From the NCBI GenBank assembly GCA_045863395.1, contig BTVJ01000007.1, forward strand, positions 32,001 to 96,000: DNA of 64,000 nucleotides. Reading direction: 5' to 3'. The notes beneath the pieces were generated by a model. The model searched no databases, was not told where the DNA came from, and worked only from the letters and a program-made list of their open reading frames with translations. Source of the stretch: Myxococcales bacterium. Its GTDB lineage: Bacteria; Myxococcota_A; UBA9042; JABWCM01; BTVJ01. Shown here one piece after another: positions 11,180 through 22,557 of the stretch (within the stretch, counting starts at the first letter, position 1; each line of letters opens with the position of its first letter). The translations under genes and the position numbers were made by a program.

Positions 11180-13039
11180 TCAGTCTGGGCGGGAGCGCCG
11201 TTGCATCCAGCGCTCGAAGACCAGCAGGGACCAGAGCTGGGCCGAGAGGTCCCGCTCACCGCTCTGGTGGGTGTCGATGAGGTCCCGGACCCCCTCACGG
11301 CGGAGAATGCCCCGGTCCAGGCACCGGGGCGACAGCAGCTCGTCCCGCACCAGGTCGCGCAGCTCGCGCCGGAACCACAGCGCCAGGGGCACGGCGAAGC
11401 CCATCTTCTTGCGGTAGACCAGCCCCGGCGGCAGGTAGCGCAGCAGCAGGCGCTTGAGCAGGTGCTTGGTCTCCGTGCCGCGGATGAGCAGCCGCTCCGG
11501 CAGCGACAGGGCGAAGGTCGCAAGGTGGTGATCGAGCAGCGGCACCCGCGCCTCCAGGCTCACGGCCATGCTCATGCGGTCGACCTTCGTGAGGATGTCG
11601 TCGGGCAGGTAGAGCAGCGCGTCCAGGCGGCGGCAGTCCCGCAGGCCGCCCGTGTGAAGCCCCTGCGCGCGGAGCACGTCCAGCGCCGGCTCGTCGCTGA
11701 CCATGTCCGGTGAGAGGAGGCGCGCCTTCTGTGCGGGGTCGGGGTGAAAGAGGAGGCCGCTGGCGTACCTGTCTGGAAAGGGGAGGGCGGCCCGCGAAAC
11801 CATGCGCCTCGCCCGGTGGACCGGGCCGCGGGACGGCAGGCGCCCAAGCAGCGCTTCCGCGCCGGTCAGGGCCCAGGGCGGCGCGTGGGAGGCGAGCTCG
11901 ATCACCTGCTGCCGCAGGTAGCGCCCATAGCCGCAGAACAGCTCGTCGCCGCCGTCCCCCGACAGGGCGACCGTCACGTGGGCCCGGGTCATCTCGCTGA
12001 CGCACCAGGTGGGGATGGCGCTGGAGTCCGCGAAGGGCTCGTCCATGTGGTAGACGACCTTGTCCAGCAGGCTGACCACGTCCGGGCGGAGGATCTCCTG
12101 GGTGTGCTCCGTGCCCAGGTGGGCCGCGACGGCGCCGGCGTAAGGGGTCTCGTCGTACTCCGCCTCCTGGAAGCCGATGGTGAAGGTCTTGACCGGGCGG
12201 TCCATGGCAGCCGCCATGGCGGCGACGACGAGGCTCGAGTCCGTGCCGCCCGACAGGAAGGCGCCGAGCGGGACGTCCGAGACCAGGCGCACGCGCACGG
12301 CATCGCGGACCAAGGAGTCCAGGCGGTCCAGGGCCTCCTGCTCGTCGAGGTGCGGGTCCACCTGGACGTCGCGCAGATCCCACCAGCGGCGGAGGCGCGG
12401 AGGGGCGTCACCCTCGACGACCAGCAGGTTGCCCGGGGGGAGCTTGTGGATGCCCTCCCACGCGGAGCGAGGGGCGGGGATCCACCCGAGGGAGAAGTAG
12501 AGCTGGAGGGCGCCCGTGTCGACGCCGGCCTCCAGGGCCGGGGCGGCCAACAACCCCTTGATCTCGCTCGCGAAGAGGAAGCGCTTGCCGTCGTCGTACC
12601 ACGCGAGGGGCTTGATGCCGAAGCGGTCCCGGGCGAGCAGCAGGCGCCTCCGAGGGCGGTCCCAGATGGCGAAGGCGAACATGCCGCGCAGGTGATCGAC
12701 CAGCGCGTCGCCGTGCTCCTCGTAGAGGTGGACCAGCACCTCCGTGTCGCAGCGGGTCCGGAAGGTGTGCCCGGCCGAAGTCAGGCGGTCGGCCAGCTCT
12801 CGGAAGTTGTAGATCTCGCCATTGAACACGACGGCGATGGACCCATCCTCGTTGAACATGGGCTGGTGGCCGCCAGCGACGTCGATGATCGAGAGGCGAT
12901 CGTGGCCGAGCGCCAGAGGCCCGTCCACGAAGACGTCCTGGTCGTCCGGGCCGCGGTGGCGCATCGCGCGTACCATGCGCCACGCCATGTCCCGCGGGTC
13001 GTCGCCCGCGCGGTCGAGGGCGCCGGAGATGCCGCACAT
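11180..13039 (-). CDS. asnB: Asparagine synthase (glutamine-hydrolysing) family amidotransferase
   Basis: N-terminal MCGI (Ntn Cys), HRGPD, FNGEIYNF, RDRFGIKPL, LSGGTDSS, SGDGGDELF, KVDRMSMAVSLEARVP. Confidence 0.93.
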   Translation of the reverse strand: MCGISGALDRAGDDPRDMAWRMVRAMRHRGPDDQDVFVDGPLALGHDRLSIIDVAGGHQPMFNEDGSIAVVFNGEIYNFRELADRLTSAGHTFRTRCDTEVLVHLYEEHGDALVDHLRGMFAFAIWDRPRRRLLLARDRFGIKPLAWYDDGKRFLFASEIKGLLAAPALEAGVDTGALQLYFSLGWIPAPRSAWEGIHKLPPGNLLVVEGDAPPRLRRWWDLRDVQVDPHLDEQEALDRLDSLVRDAVRVRLVSDVPLGAFLSGGTDSSLVVAAMAAAMDRPVKTFTIGFQEAEYDETPYAGAVAAHLGTEHTQEILRPDVVSLLDKVVYHMDEPFADSSAIPTWCVSEMTRAHVTVALSGDGGDELFCGYGRYLRQQVIELASHAPPWALTGAEALLGRLPSRGPVHRARRMVSRAALPFPDRYASGLLFHPDPAQKARLLSPDMVSDEPALDVLRAQGLHTGGLRDCRRLDALLYLPDDILTKVDRMSMAVSLEARVPLLDHHLATFALSLPERLLIRGTETKHLLKRLLLRYLPPGLVYRKKMGFAVPLALWFRRELRDLVRDELLSPRCLDRGILRREGVRDLIDTHQSGERDLSAQLWSLLVFERWMQRRSRPD

Positions 13040-13040
13040 C

Positions 13041-13763
13041 TCAGACCTCCACGGAGTCGCCCGGGGCGGGCACCAGCGCGCCGGGGGCCGCCGCAGCGGC
13101 CTGAGCACGGAGCTCCTTGGCCACGTGGACGAGCGCCAGGCGTCCGACGCCGGCGCGCCCGGCCAGCGCGACGACCTGGGAGACCGCGGCGTGGCCCTTG
13201 TTGGGGGCGTCGAGCCAGAAGGCCTCGTGGACCAGCAGGTCGACCCCCGCGACCAGGCGCTCCGACGCGGGCGTAGGGGCCCCGTCCCCGCTGTAGGCGA
13301 CGCGGGCGCCGTCCGTGACGCACACGGCCAGGTTCCGCACCGGGTGGAGGGTGCGGGCGGTGTCCAGGCGCATGGGGCCCCACTGTGTCGGGTGCCGGGG
13401 TGACACCGGGAGGGCCTCGATGGGGAACGTCGACTTGGTGCGCATCCCCGGGTAGGCGAGGTTGCAGAGCCGCGTCAGCCAGCGGTCGACCCCCGGGCCC
13501 CCGAGGACCGTCAGCGGCCGGGTGCGGCCCTGGAGGCGCATCCACAGGAGCAGCGCCGGCAAGCCGAAGGTGTGGTCGGCGTGGGTGTGGGAGACCCACA
13601 CGCCGTCGAGCAGGTCCGGATCCCGTGACAGGGCCCACAGGGCGTGCGGGACCCGATAGCCGCAATCCAGGAGCAGCGTCCGGCTGCCGCGCCACAAGAG
13701 CGAGGTGTTGGGCAGATCGGGGTCGAAGGCTTCTCCGGTCCCGACGAAGGTCAGCGTCCCCAT
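13041..13763 (-). CDS. MBL-fold hydrolase, RNase Z-like
   Basis: FVGTGEA, LLDCG, SHTHADH, YSGD, LVHEA and C-terminal LVH motifs; start ATG 13763. Confidence 0.8.
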   Translation of the reverse strand: MGTLTFVGTGEAFDPDLPNTSLLWRGSRTLLLDCGYRVPHALWALSRDPDLLDGVWVSHTHADHTFGLPALLLWMRLQGRTRPLTVLGGPGVDRWLTRLCNLAYPGMRTKSTFPIEALPVSPRHPTQWGPMRLDTARTLHPVRNLAVCVTDGARVAYSGDGAPTPASERLVAGVDLLVHEAFWLDAPNKGHAAVSQVVALAGRAGVGRLALVHVAKELRAQAAAAAPGALVPAPGDSVEV

Positions 13764-13891
13764 GGGCGCATCATCGCACACGTCGGAGGATGTAGCCAAA
13801 GTGGCCCGGGGCGAGGCGCAGCAGGGCCTCCTTGGCGACACCCTCCGAGCGCCCTTGCACCCCTCTGGGGTCGGGATATGATGGCGAGGTC

Positions 13892-14686
13892 ATGGAGCAA
13901 CGCCCCCTGGAGCTTGTCTTCGATGTGCCCTCCGGGCCCCTGCGGGCGCGCTTCGTGCGTGGCGGCTTGGCCGGCGCGCTGCTCTCCGGGCCGCACCCGC
14001 CCGACGGGGAGCTGGTCCGGTTCAAGGTCTCCGGTGGCGGCTACCCCGAGGGTCACGTCCGTGGCCTGGGGCGGGTGGCCCGAGCGGGCACCGGGCACGG
14101 CGACGCCTTCGGCCTCAAGCTCCTGCAGCTCGAGTGCGGTGACGGCCTCCCGCCCTTGAAGGAGCTCCTGCGGGAGCACCTGCACACCGAGCTCTCGGAG
14201 CTCCCCCACTCCCAGGTGCAGCGCATCGCCAACCACTGGGCCATCTGCTGCTCGCCAGAGGACCCCGACGCCGCGCTGGTTCGCTTGCCCCCCATCGAGC
14301 AATCGGCCATCGAGGCATGGTTCCACCCCGTGGGGCGCTCGCCGGTGCTCAACGTCTACGTGCGGCGCACCGTCGCGTACCTCGTCAACTTCGTGCCGTT
14401 CTACGGGCGTGGCGCACGTCTCAATGAGACGACCTTTCTGATCCACTCGAACCTGGTGCTGCCGTCCCTCGGCTCGCAGATCATGGTGCAGATCCGCGTC
14501 ACCCTCGAGGACGTGGACTCGTGGGTCGTCCTGATCGGCGCGGTGCAGCGGCGCAGCGATCAGCGCGACCAGTCCGTGTTCAAGGGCAGCTTCGAGATGC
14601 GCGTCGACCGGGTGGAAGAGATCGGCACGGCGGGCATCTTCTTCCGTCTGCTGGACCAGCTCCGCAGCGAGGGGAGCGACCCGTGA
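13892..14686 (+). CDS. Hypothetical protein (beta-rich, possibly PilZ-like)
   Basis: ORF with host-like codon bias directly upstream of the aminotransferase; the fold guess is weak. Confidence 0.6.
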   Translation: MEQRPLELVFDVPSGPLRARFVRGGLAGALLSGPHPPDGELVRFKVSGGGYPEGHVRGLGRVARAGTGHGDAFGLKLLQLECGDGLPPLKELLREHLHTELSELPHSQVQRIANHWAICCSPEDPDAALVRLPPIEQSAIEAWFHPVGRSPVLNVYVRRTVAYLVNFVPFYGRGARLNETTFLIHSNLVLPSLGSQIMVQIRVTLEDVDSWVVLIGAVQRRSDQRDQSVFKGSFEMRVDRVEEIGTAGIFFRLLDQLRSEGSDP

Positions 14687-14723
14687 TCCGTCGAGTCCCG
14701 CGACCCCGGTACGGTCCGCCCCC

Positions 14724-16076
14724 ATGAGCGCGACGGATGCAACACCCTTCGAGCCGCTCCTCCCCGCGCTAGTCACCGAGGTGCCCGGGCCAGGATCGCG
14801 GACCCTGGCGGCCCGGCTCCAGCGCGTCGAGAGCCGCAACGTGACGTGGGTCGCCCCCGACGGCTCCTTTCCCGTGTTCTGGGAGAGGGCGGCTGGGTCC
14901 AACGTCTGGGACGTGGACGGCAACCGCTACCTGGACCTGACCGCCGCATTCGGCGTGGCGTCGTGCGGGCACGGGCACCCGCGGGTGGTCGAGGCGCTGA
15001 TCGCGCAGGCGCGCAAGCTGCTGCACGGCATGGGCGACGTCCACCCGTCGGCGGTCAAGGTGGAGCTGTGCGAGCGGCTCGCGGCCCTCGCGCCGGGCGA
15101 CCTCGGCCACGCGATCCTCGGGTGCAACGGGGCCGACGCCGTCGAGGCCGCCCTGAAGACGGCGCTCCTTCACACGGGCCGTCCCGCGGTCATTGCCTTC
15201 GCGGGCGGCTACCACGGGCTGACCGGGGGGGCGCTGAGCGTGACGTCCTTCGAGCGCTTCCGGCGCCCGTTCGAGGGGCTGTTGGCGGAGCGCACCACCT
15301 TCCTCCCGTACCCCGACCCGATGCACCCGGTCACCGGAGTGGAGCCTGAGAGGATCGGCGACCACGTCCTCTCGCTGGTCCGGGCGCGCCTGGACGACCG
15401 GCGCGCGCCCGTCGGTGCGATCATCGTGGAGCCGGTGCAGGGGCGCGGCGGCGAGGTCGTGCCGCCCGCGGGGTTCCTGCGGGGCCTCCGGGAGCTGTGC
15501 GACGGGCGCGAGACGGTGCTCATCGCCGACGAGATCTACACGGGGCTCGGGCGCACGGGCGCGCTCTGGGCCTGCGACCACGAGGGGGTCGTGCCGGACC
15601 TCCTGTGCGTCGGCAAGGCCCTGAGCAACGGCATGCCCCTGTCGGCCTGCCTCGGGCGGCCCTCCGTGATGGAGGCCTGGCCCCCGTCGCAGGGGGAGGC
15701 CATCCACACCAGCACGTTCCTCGGCCACCCTGGCGCCTGCGCGGCAGCCCTGGCCGCCCTGGACGTGATCGGCGAGGGGTTGCCGCAGCGCGCGGCGGCG
15801 CTCGGGGGGCGGCTCTGCGAGCGGCTCAGGGGGCGCCTGGGGGAGCGGGTGCGTGGGAGGGGGCTGCTGGTCGGCGTCGAGCTCACCGGCGGCGGGGCTC
15901 CCGACGCCCGTGGTGCGGCCGAGGTCATGATGGGCGCGCTGCGGCGGGGCGTCCTGGTCCTCCCGTCGGGCACCTCGGGCAACGTGGTCGCGTTCTCTCC
16001 GCCGCTGACCATCGACGAGGGCCAGCTCCTCTGGGGGGCGGACGTGGTCGCCGACTGCATCCTGGCGCTGCCGTGA
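14724..16076 (+). CDS. Class III PLP-dependent aminotransferase (GabT/ArgD-like)
   Basis: WDVDGNRYLD, GADAVEAALK, GYHG, IVEPVQGRGG, LIADEIYTGLGRTG, PDLLCVGKAL, HTSTFLGHP. Confidence 0.92.
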   Translation: MSATDATPFEPLLPALVTEVPGPGSRTLAARLQRVESRNVTWVAPDGSFPVFWERAAGSNVWDVDGNRYLDLTAAFGVASCGHGHPRVVEALIAQARKLLHGMGDVHPSAVKVELCERLAALAPGDLGHAILGCNGADAVEAALKTALLHTGRPAVIAFAGGYHGLTGGALSVTSFERFRRPFEGLLAERTTFLPYPDPMHPVTGVEPERIGDHVLSLVRARLDDRRAPVGAIIVEPVQGRGGEVVPPAGFLRGLRELCDGRETVLIADEIYTGLGRTGALWACDHEGVVPDLLCVGKALSNGMPLSACLGRPSVMEAWPPSQGEAIHTSTFLGHPGACAAALAALDVIGEGLPQRAAALGGRLCERLRGRLGERVRGRGLLVGVELTGGGAPDARGAAEVMMGALRRGVLVLPSGTSGNVVAFSPPLTIDEGQLLWGADVVADCILALP

Positions 16077-18430
16077 GCCGGCAGGCGGAGGCGCGGGCCC
16101 TGGATGGGCGCATCATGGCCCTGATCGCCAGGGGCGCCCGCGCGCCCTTCGAAGAGGCCGCCTTCGACGCGCTGGCGCGGGACCTGCTGCTGCACCAGGT
16201 CGCCCACGGAGACGTGATGGGACCGTGGTGTGTCTCGCAGGGGGTGAATCCCGAGCGCATCGCATCGTGGCGAGACATCCCTCCGCTGCCCGCGCTGGCC
16301 TTCAAGTCGCTACGGGTGGCCGCCTTTCCCCCAGGGGAGGCGGTGGCGACGTGGTGGACCAGCGGGACCACCGGAGCCGGTCGGGGCGCACACGAGGTGG
16401 ACACCATCGATCTTTACAGGGAGGGGAGCCTCGCCGCCTTCGAGGCGGCGCTGCTGCCCGACGGGGTCCGCCTGCCTGCCCTGATCCTGGCGCCCTCGCC
16501 AGCGGAGGCTCCCCACTCGTCGCTGTCCGCCATGTGCGGGTGGGTCGCGGAGCGCTTTGCGGCCGGCGCCGAGTGGCTGATGCGCGGGGCGCTGGACGAA
16601 GGCGCCGTGATCGAGGCGCTCGAGCGCCAAGTCGGGCCCGTGCTGCTTCTCGGCACGTCCTTCGCCTTCGTCATGCTCTGTGACCGGCTCGCAGGCGAGA
16701 GGCGGCGGTTGCGGCTCCCCCCGGGGAGCCGGGCCATGGAGACCGGGGGCACCAAGGGGCGCACTCGCGAGGTGGAGCGGGCGGAGCTGGTCGATGCCAT
16801 CGTCGACCGGCTGGGCCTCCTTCCCTCTCACGTGGTCAACGAGTACGGCATGACCGAGCTGTCCAGCCAGCTCTACACGGGGTCGCTGGCCGGGGCGTGC
16901 GGCTCGCCGTTGGGGGGTGAGGTGCGCCGATGGTGGGCGCCGCCGTGGCTCCGTGCGCGAGCTCTGGATCCAGACACGCTGGAGGATGTGCCTGCTGGTC
17001 GCGTCGGTGTGCTGGCCCTGGTGGACGTGCTCAACCGGGGCTCGGCCGTAGCCGTCCGCACGGCGGATCGCGGCATCGTCCACCTGGACGGCTCCGTGGA
17101 GGTCCTCGGGCGTGCCCGCGGGGTCGAGGCCCGCGGGTGCTCGCTGGTCCACACGCCGCGGGCGGCGCATGTGGCGTCGGCGGAGCCGCCAGCGGCCGTG
17201 ACCGACGCCGCGGAGGCCCTGATCACCGCGCGTGAGGCCATCGCAGGGCGCAGCGTCGCGTCCATCGCGGAGTCGCTGGGGCGGGTGTCCGCCCGGTGGC
17301 TGGACCCGGCGGATCCACTCAGGAGAGAGGCCCTCGCCACGCTGCCCGAGACCACCGGGCTGTCCCCGGAGGTGCTCGCCGCCGGGCTGGATCTCTCCTT
17401 TGGGGAGTGGACCACAGAGGCGCTGCGCGGCCTCGTGCGGGCCGAGCTGGGCGCGGACGAGCCCCTTGATCGTTGGCAGCCCTGGGGCACCGGCCTGACC
17501 CGCCCGACGGGGCCACGGCTGACGCTGGTGGTCGGTGCGGGGAACCTCCCCGCTCCTCTGGCTCTCGACGTGAGCTGCGCCCTGCTGCTGCGTAGCGCCG
17601 TGCTGGTGAAGCCTCCGTCGGACGAGCCGCGCTTCGCGGCCCTCGTCCGTCGCGCCATCCTCGAGGTGGACCCCGATCTCGGGGCGTGTGTGGCCGTGCG
17701 GAGCTGGCCCGGCGGCTCGGTCGCTCACGAGGACGCGGTCCTGGCAGTGGCCGACGCGGTGATCGCCACGGGTGAGGATGAGGCGGTGCTCGCTCTGCGG
17801 CGCCGGGCTCCCCTGGCGACGCGCTTCATCGCGCGCGGGGCTCGCCTGTCCGTGGGCCTCATCGCGCGGGAGGCCGTGGCCGACCCGACGCTTCCGGCGC
17901 GCATGGCGGTGGACACCCTGCTCTGGGATCAGCGGGGCTGCTTGTCCCCTGTCGCCTGGCTCGTCGAGGGCGACGTGGACCGCCTGGCGGTGGCGCTGGA
18001 TGAGGCATTGGCAGCGCTGCACCCGGCCCTGCCACACCTCCCGGGGGCGGTGGACGCCCGGATCGCGGCGCTGGAGGATCGCGCCGCGGCGGACGTCCGG
18101 CAGATGTCGGGTGAGCCCGTGCGGCGGGTGGGGCGTGTCGTGGTCGATGGCGGGCCGCTGCGGCCGCTTGCCGGTCGCCAGGCGCTGCTCCACCCCGTCG
18201 GCGACCTGCGGGAGGCGCCGGCCGCGCTCGCGCCGTGGCGTGGTCGCCTGTCCAACGTGGTGCTCGCCCTCCCGCCCGAGCGGCAGGGCGCGCTCGTGGC
18301 GTCCCTGCTCTCCCTGGCGCCGACGCGCCTGTGCGCTGTTGGAGCGGCGCAGCAGCCTCCGGCGAATCACCATCACGACGGTGACCCGGTGCTCCTGCCT
18401 CTTGTTCGATGGACGGATTTGCAACCGTAG
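16073..18430 (+). CDS. Fusion of LuxE-like acyl-protein synthetase and LuxC-like acyl-CoA reductase
   Basis: GTG start overlaps the aminotransferase stop (GTGA). N-half: AFKS, TSGTTG, METGGTKGR, NEYGMTELSSQ, LGRARGVEARGCS (LuxE-like). C-half: AGNLP, VKPPS, ATGEDEAV, DQRGCLSP (LuxC-like). Confidence 0.8.
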   Translation: MSRQAEARALDGRIMALIARGARAPFEEAAFDALARDLLLHQVAHGDVMGPWCVSQGVNPERIASWRDIPPLPALAFKSLRVAAFPPGEAVATWWTSGTTGAGRGAHEVDTIDLYREGSLAAFEAALLPDGVRLPALILAPSPAEAPHSSLSAMCGWVAERFAAGAEWLMRGALDEGAVIEALERQVGPVLLLGTSFAFVMLCDRLAGERRRLRLPPGSRAMETGGTKGRTREVERAELVDAIVDRLGLLPSHVVNEYGMTELSSQLYTGSLAGACGSPLGGEVRRWWAPPWLRARALDPDTLEDVPAGRVGVLALVDVLNRGSAVAVRTADRGIVHLDGSVEVLGRARGVEARGCSLVHTPRAAHVASAEPPAAVTDAAEALITAREAIAGRSVASIAESLGRVSARWLDPADPLRREALATLPETTGLSPEVLAAGLDLSFGEWTTEALRGLVRAELGADEPLDRWQPWGTGLTRPTGPRLTLVVGAGNLPAPLALDVSCALLLRSAVLVKPPSDEPRFAALVRRAILEVDPDLGACVAVRSWPGGSVAHEDAVLAVADAVIATGEDEAVLALRRRAPLATRFIARGARLSVGLIAREAVADPTLPARMAVDTLLWDQRGCLSPVAWLVEGDVDRLAVALDEALAALHPALPHLPGAVDARIAALEDRAAADVRQMSGEPVRRVGRVVVDGGPLRPLAGRQALLHPVGDLREAPAALAPWRGRLSNVVLALPPERQGALVASLLSLAPTRLCAVGAAQQPPANHHHDGDPVLLPLVRWTDLQP

Positions 18431-18537
18431 CATTTGTAACTGGTTACACGTTGGCGCGTTCTTCTTGCGATCCCACTGCATCGTTGCGGCGTCTGAGTCG
18501 TCGTTGACGGCGGGGCCGCGGGGGCCTAGAAGTCAAG

Positions 18538-19641
18538 ATGCCCATAGGGAGGACCAGCATGATCAGGACGCGAGCCAACGCGACGACGAGCACACGGACC
18601 GACGCGGAGCGGCTCACCCTCCTACTGGTCGACGACGATCTTCCGGTCCTCGCGATGCTGGAGCGCAAGCTCGGCGTGGACTACCGGGTCATCGCCCTGG
18701 AGACGTCGGAGCAGGCGCTCGACGTGCTGCGGAGGGAGGAGGTCGCGATCCTTCTGGTCGATCAGGTGCTGACCACGAGCCGCATGCAAGGAGACGCGCT
18801 GCTCGCCGCCGCCCAGGAGGTGAGCCCGGGGTCCGTCGGCATTCTCTTCAGCGGCGGAGCGGAGGCGGACGACGTGGTCCGCGCCATCAACGCAGGCCAC
18901 ATCTACGCCTATGTCCGCAAGCCCTGGAGCGACGCGGAGTTGCAGTCCACCCTGTCCCGGGCGGCGCGGACCTGGCAGCTCGCCCGAGACAACCGACGCC
19001 TGGTCCGCGAGCTGGCGGAGCTGAACGCTCAGCTCGAGGAGCGAATCCGCGCGGCCACCGCCGAGCTGGAGACCAAGAACGAGCGCCTGGAGGAGCTGAC
19101 GGCCTCGCTGGAGGAGAAGAACCGCCTGCTCGGCGAGCTGGCGGTCACGGACGAGCTCACGGGCCTCTACAACCGCCGCTATGCGCGGGTGCGCCTCGAA
19201 GACGAGCTGCGGCGCCACGAGCGATACGCGCCGGCGCTTGCGTGCATCCTCCTCGACATCGACGACTTCAAGGCGGTCAACGACACCTACGGGCACGGGG
19301 TGGGGGATCGTGTCCTCGTTGCGGTCTCGGACGTCATCCGCAACACGGTACGTCGCACGGACGTCGCCGCCCGCTACGGGGGCGAGGAGCTCCTGGTCGT
19401 CTGTCCGTCGACGGGCCTGGAGGGGGCGGTCGTGCTGGCGGAGCGCTTGCGCGTGGGCATCGCGGAGGTGATCGTCGACGCCGGCGAGGGCCGGACGGTG
19501 CGGGTGACGACGAGCGCTGGGGTCGCGACGACCGCCAACGTCCATGCCGACGCCGACGGCTTCCTCGCGGCTGCTGACACGGCGCTCTATGAGGCCAAGC
19601 ACGCGGGCAAGGATCGGGTGGTGGTCGCGCGCCCCCGTTGA
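18538..19641 (+). CDS. Response regulator / diguanylate cyclase (REC-coiled coil-GGDEF)
   Basis: LLVDDD, LLVDQ, KPW receiver motifs; TDELTGLYNRR, DIDDFKAVNDTYGH, RYGGEEL, ADTALYEAK. Start could be 18559. Confidence 0.92.
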   Translation: MPIGRTSMIRTRANATTSTRTDAERLTLLLVDDDLPVLAMLERKLGVDYRVIALETSEQALDVLRREEVAILLVDQVLTTSRMQGDALLAAAQEVSPGSVGILFSGGAEADDVVRAINAGHIYAYVRKPWSDAELQSTLSRAARTWQLARDNRRLVRELAELNAQLEERIRAATAELETKNERLEELTASLEEKNRLLGELAVTDELTGLYNRRYARVRLEDELRRHERYAPALACILLDIDDFKAVNDTYGHGVGDRVLVAVSDVIRNTVRRTDVAARYGGEELLVVCPSTGLEGAVVLAERLRVGIAEVIVDAGEGRTVRVTTSAGVATTANVHADADGFLAAADTALYEAKHAGKDRVVVARPR

Positions 19642-19659
19642 CAGGCGACGACGAGCCCC

Positions 19660-19959
19660 TCAGGGGCACGGACGGGGGACGCAGTTCCCGCCGGAGCACT
19701 GGCCTCCGCAGCCAGGCGCCTCGGATACGCAGGGCGCCCCGTCAGGCGCAAACTCCACATGGCACCCACCTGTGGTCGTGTCGCAGCGGGCGGCTCGGCA
19801 GGGCGGGAGTCCGGGGAGGACGGCGGCGCAGATGGCGTCTCCGTCGCATCCAGCCTCGCTCACCGTGGGTGGGGTGCCCGTGTCCGCAGCGGACGTGTCG
19901 GAAGGGGAGAGGTCGCCGCGGCAGGCGCCCAGCAAGAGCAGGAGGGCGAGGCGACGCAT
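19660..19959 (-). CDS. Small Cys-rich putative lipoprotein
   Basis: MRRLALLLLLGAC lipobox-like signal; multiple Cys in the C-terminal half; starts 3 nt after the upstream ORF. Confidence 0.6.
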   Translation of the reverse strand: MRRLALLLLLGACRGDLSPSDTSAADTGTPPTVSEAGCDGDAICAAVLPGLPPCRAARCDTTTGGCHVEFAPDGAPCVSEAPGCGGQCSGGNCVPRPCP

Positions 19960-19962
19960 GGC

Positions 19963-20211
19963 TCAGCGGGGGAAGATGTCCGACATGGTGCGGCCCTTCT
20001 TGCGGGCCGGGCCCTTGCCCGCGCGCTCCATCACCCGGGTGTCGATGCGCATGTTCGGGGGGACGGTCTTCTTCCTGTCCTGGTCGTCTCCGGGCAGGGG
20101 GGGCTCCATCAGCTCGGAGGACACGACCCGCGCCGTCACCCGCTGCACCGCCCCCACGATGACGTAGCGCGCGTCCTCCTGGCTCTCGTCGGGCTGCTGC
20201 TCGTCGGCCAT
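19963..20211 (-). CDS. Small hypothetical protein
   Basis: ATG-started ORF with host-like codon use; apparently coupled to 19660..19959. Confidence 0.55.
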   Translation of the reverse strand: MADEQQPDESQEDARYVIVGAVQRVTARVVSSELMEPPLPGDDQDRKKTVPPNMRIDTRVMERAGKGPARKKGRTMSDIFPR

Positions 20212-20310
20212 GGCTCACTCACAGGTCCCCCGCGTGACGGACGTCCATCCTAGCCTTGAGCCTCAGGGCGGTCAACGCGGTCGGGGGGCGAGGAAAATTG
20301 TGTGTGGCGC

Positions 20311-20341
20311 CCCTTGACGGTCGGGAACCCTCGCATAAGTT
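20311..20341 (+). promoter_or_regulatory. Candidate groESL promoter
   Basis: CCCTTGACG...CGCATAAGTT: readable as TTGACG-N16-TAAGTT or as a sigma32-like CTTGA/CAT pair. Confidence 0.35.
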
Positions 20342-20441
20342 GGGCCCCGGATTCCGGCCCTGGGGGGCAAGACACACGACGACGAGCGGCGCGACCCGGA
20401 GGGCGTGTCCGCGAGTACCTACGAAGCCCAAGGAGGAGAGC

Positions 20442-22401
<1,960 letters not shown>

Positions 22402-22428
22402 TCCGGGGCTCGAGTGGCTGATCGCGCT

Positions 22429-22480
22429 GGGCCGGCAGGTGCCTCCTTTCCGGGGGGATGTGCCGGCCCTTCGCGTTTCT
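22429..22480 (+). terminator. Terminator-like hairpin after groEL
   Basis: GGGCCGGCA...TGCCGGCCC stem followed by TTCGCGTTTCT; lies between convergent genes. Confidence 0.5.
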
Positions 22481-22557
22481 GGAGGGCGGAGGGTCGCGGG
22501 GATGTCCACGTGGGGACACGCCCGCGGTCGGCTTGCCGTTCAGCGGGCATCGACGGT

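Noticed and set aside
16073..18430. Bioluminescence (lux) operon
   Set aside because: No luxA/B luciferase or luxD; the context is an aminotransferase.
20340..20372. CIRCE element before groES
   Set aside because: The GC-rich imperfect dyad does not match TTAGCACTC-N9-GAGTGCTAA.
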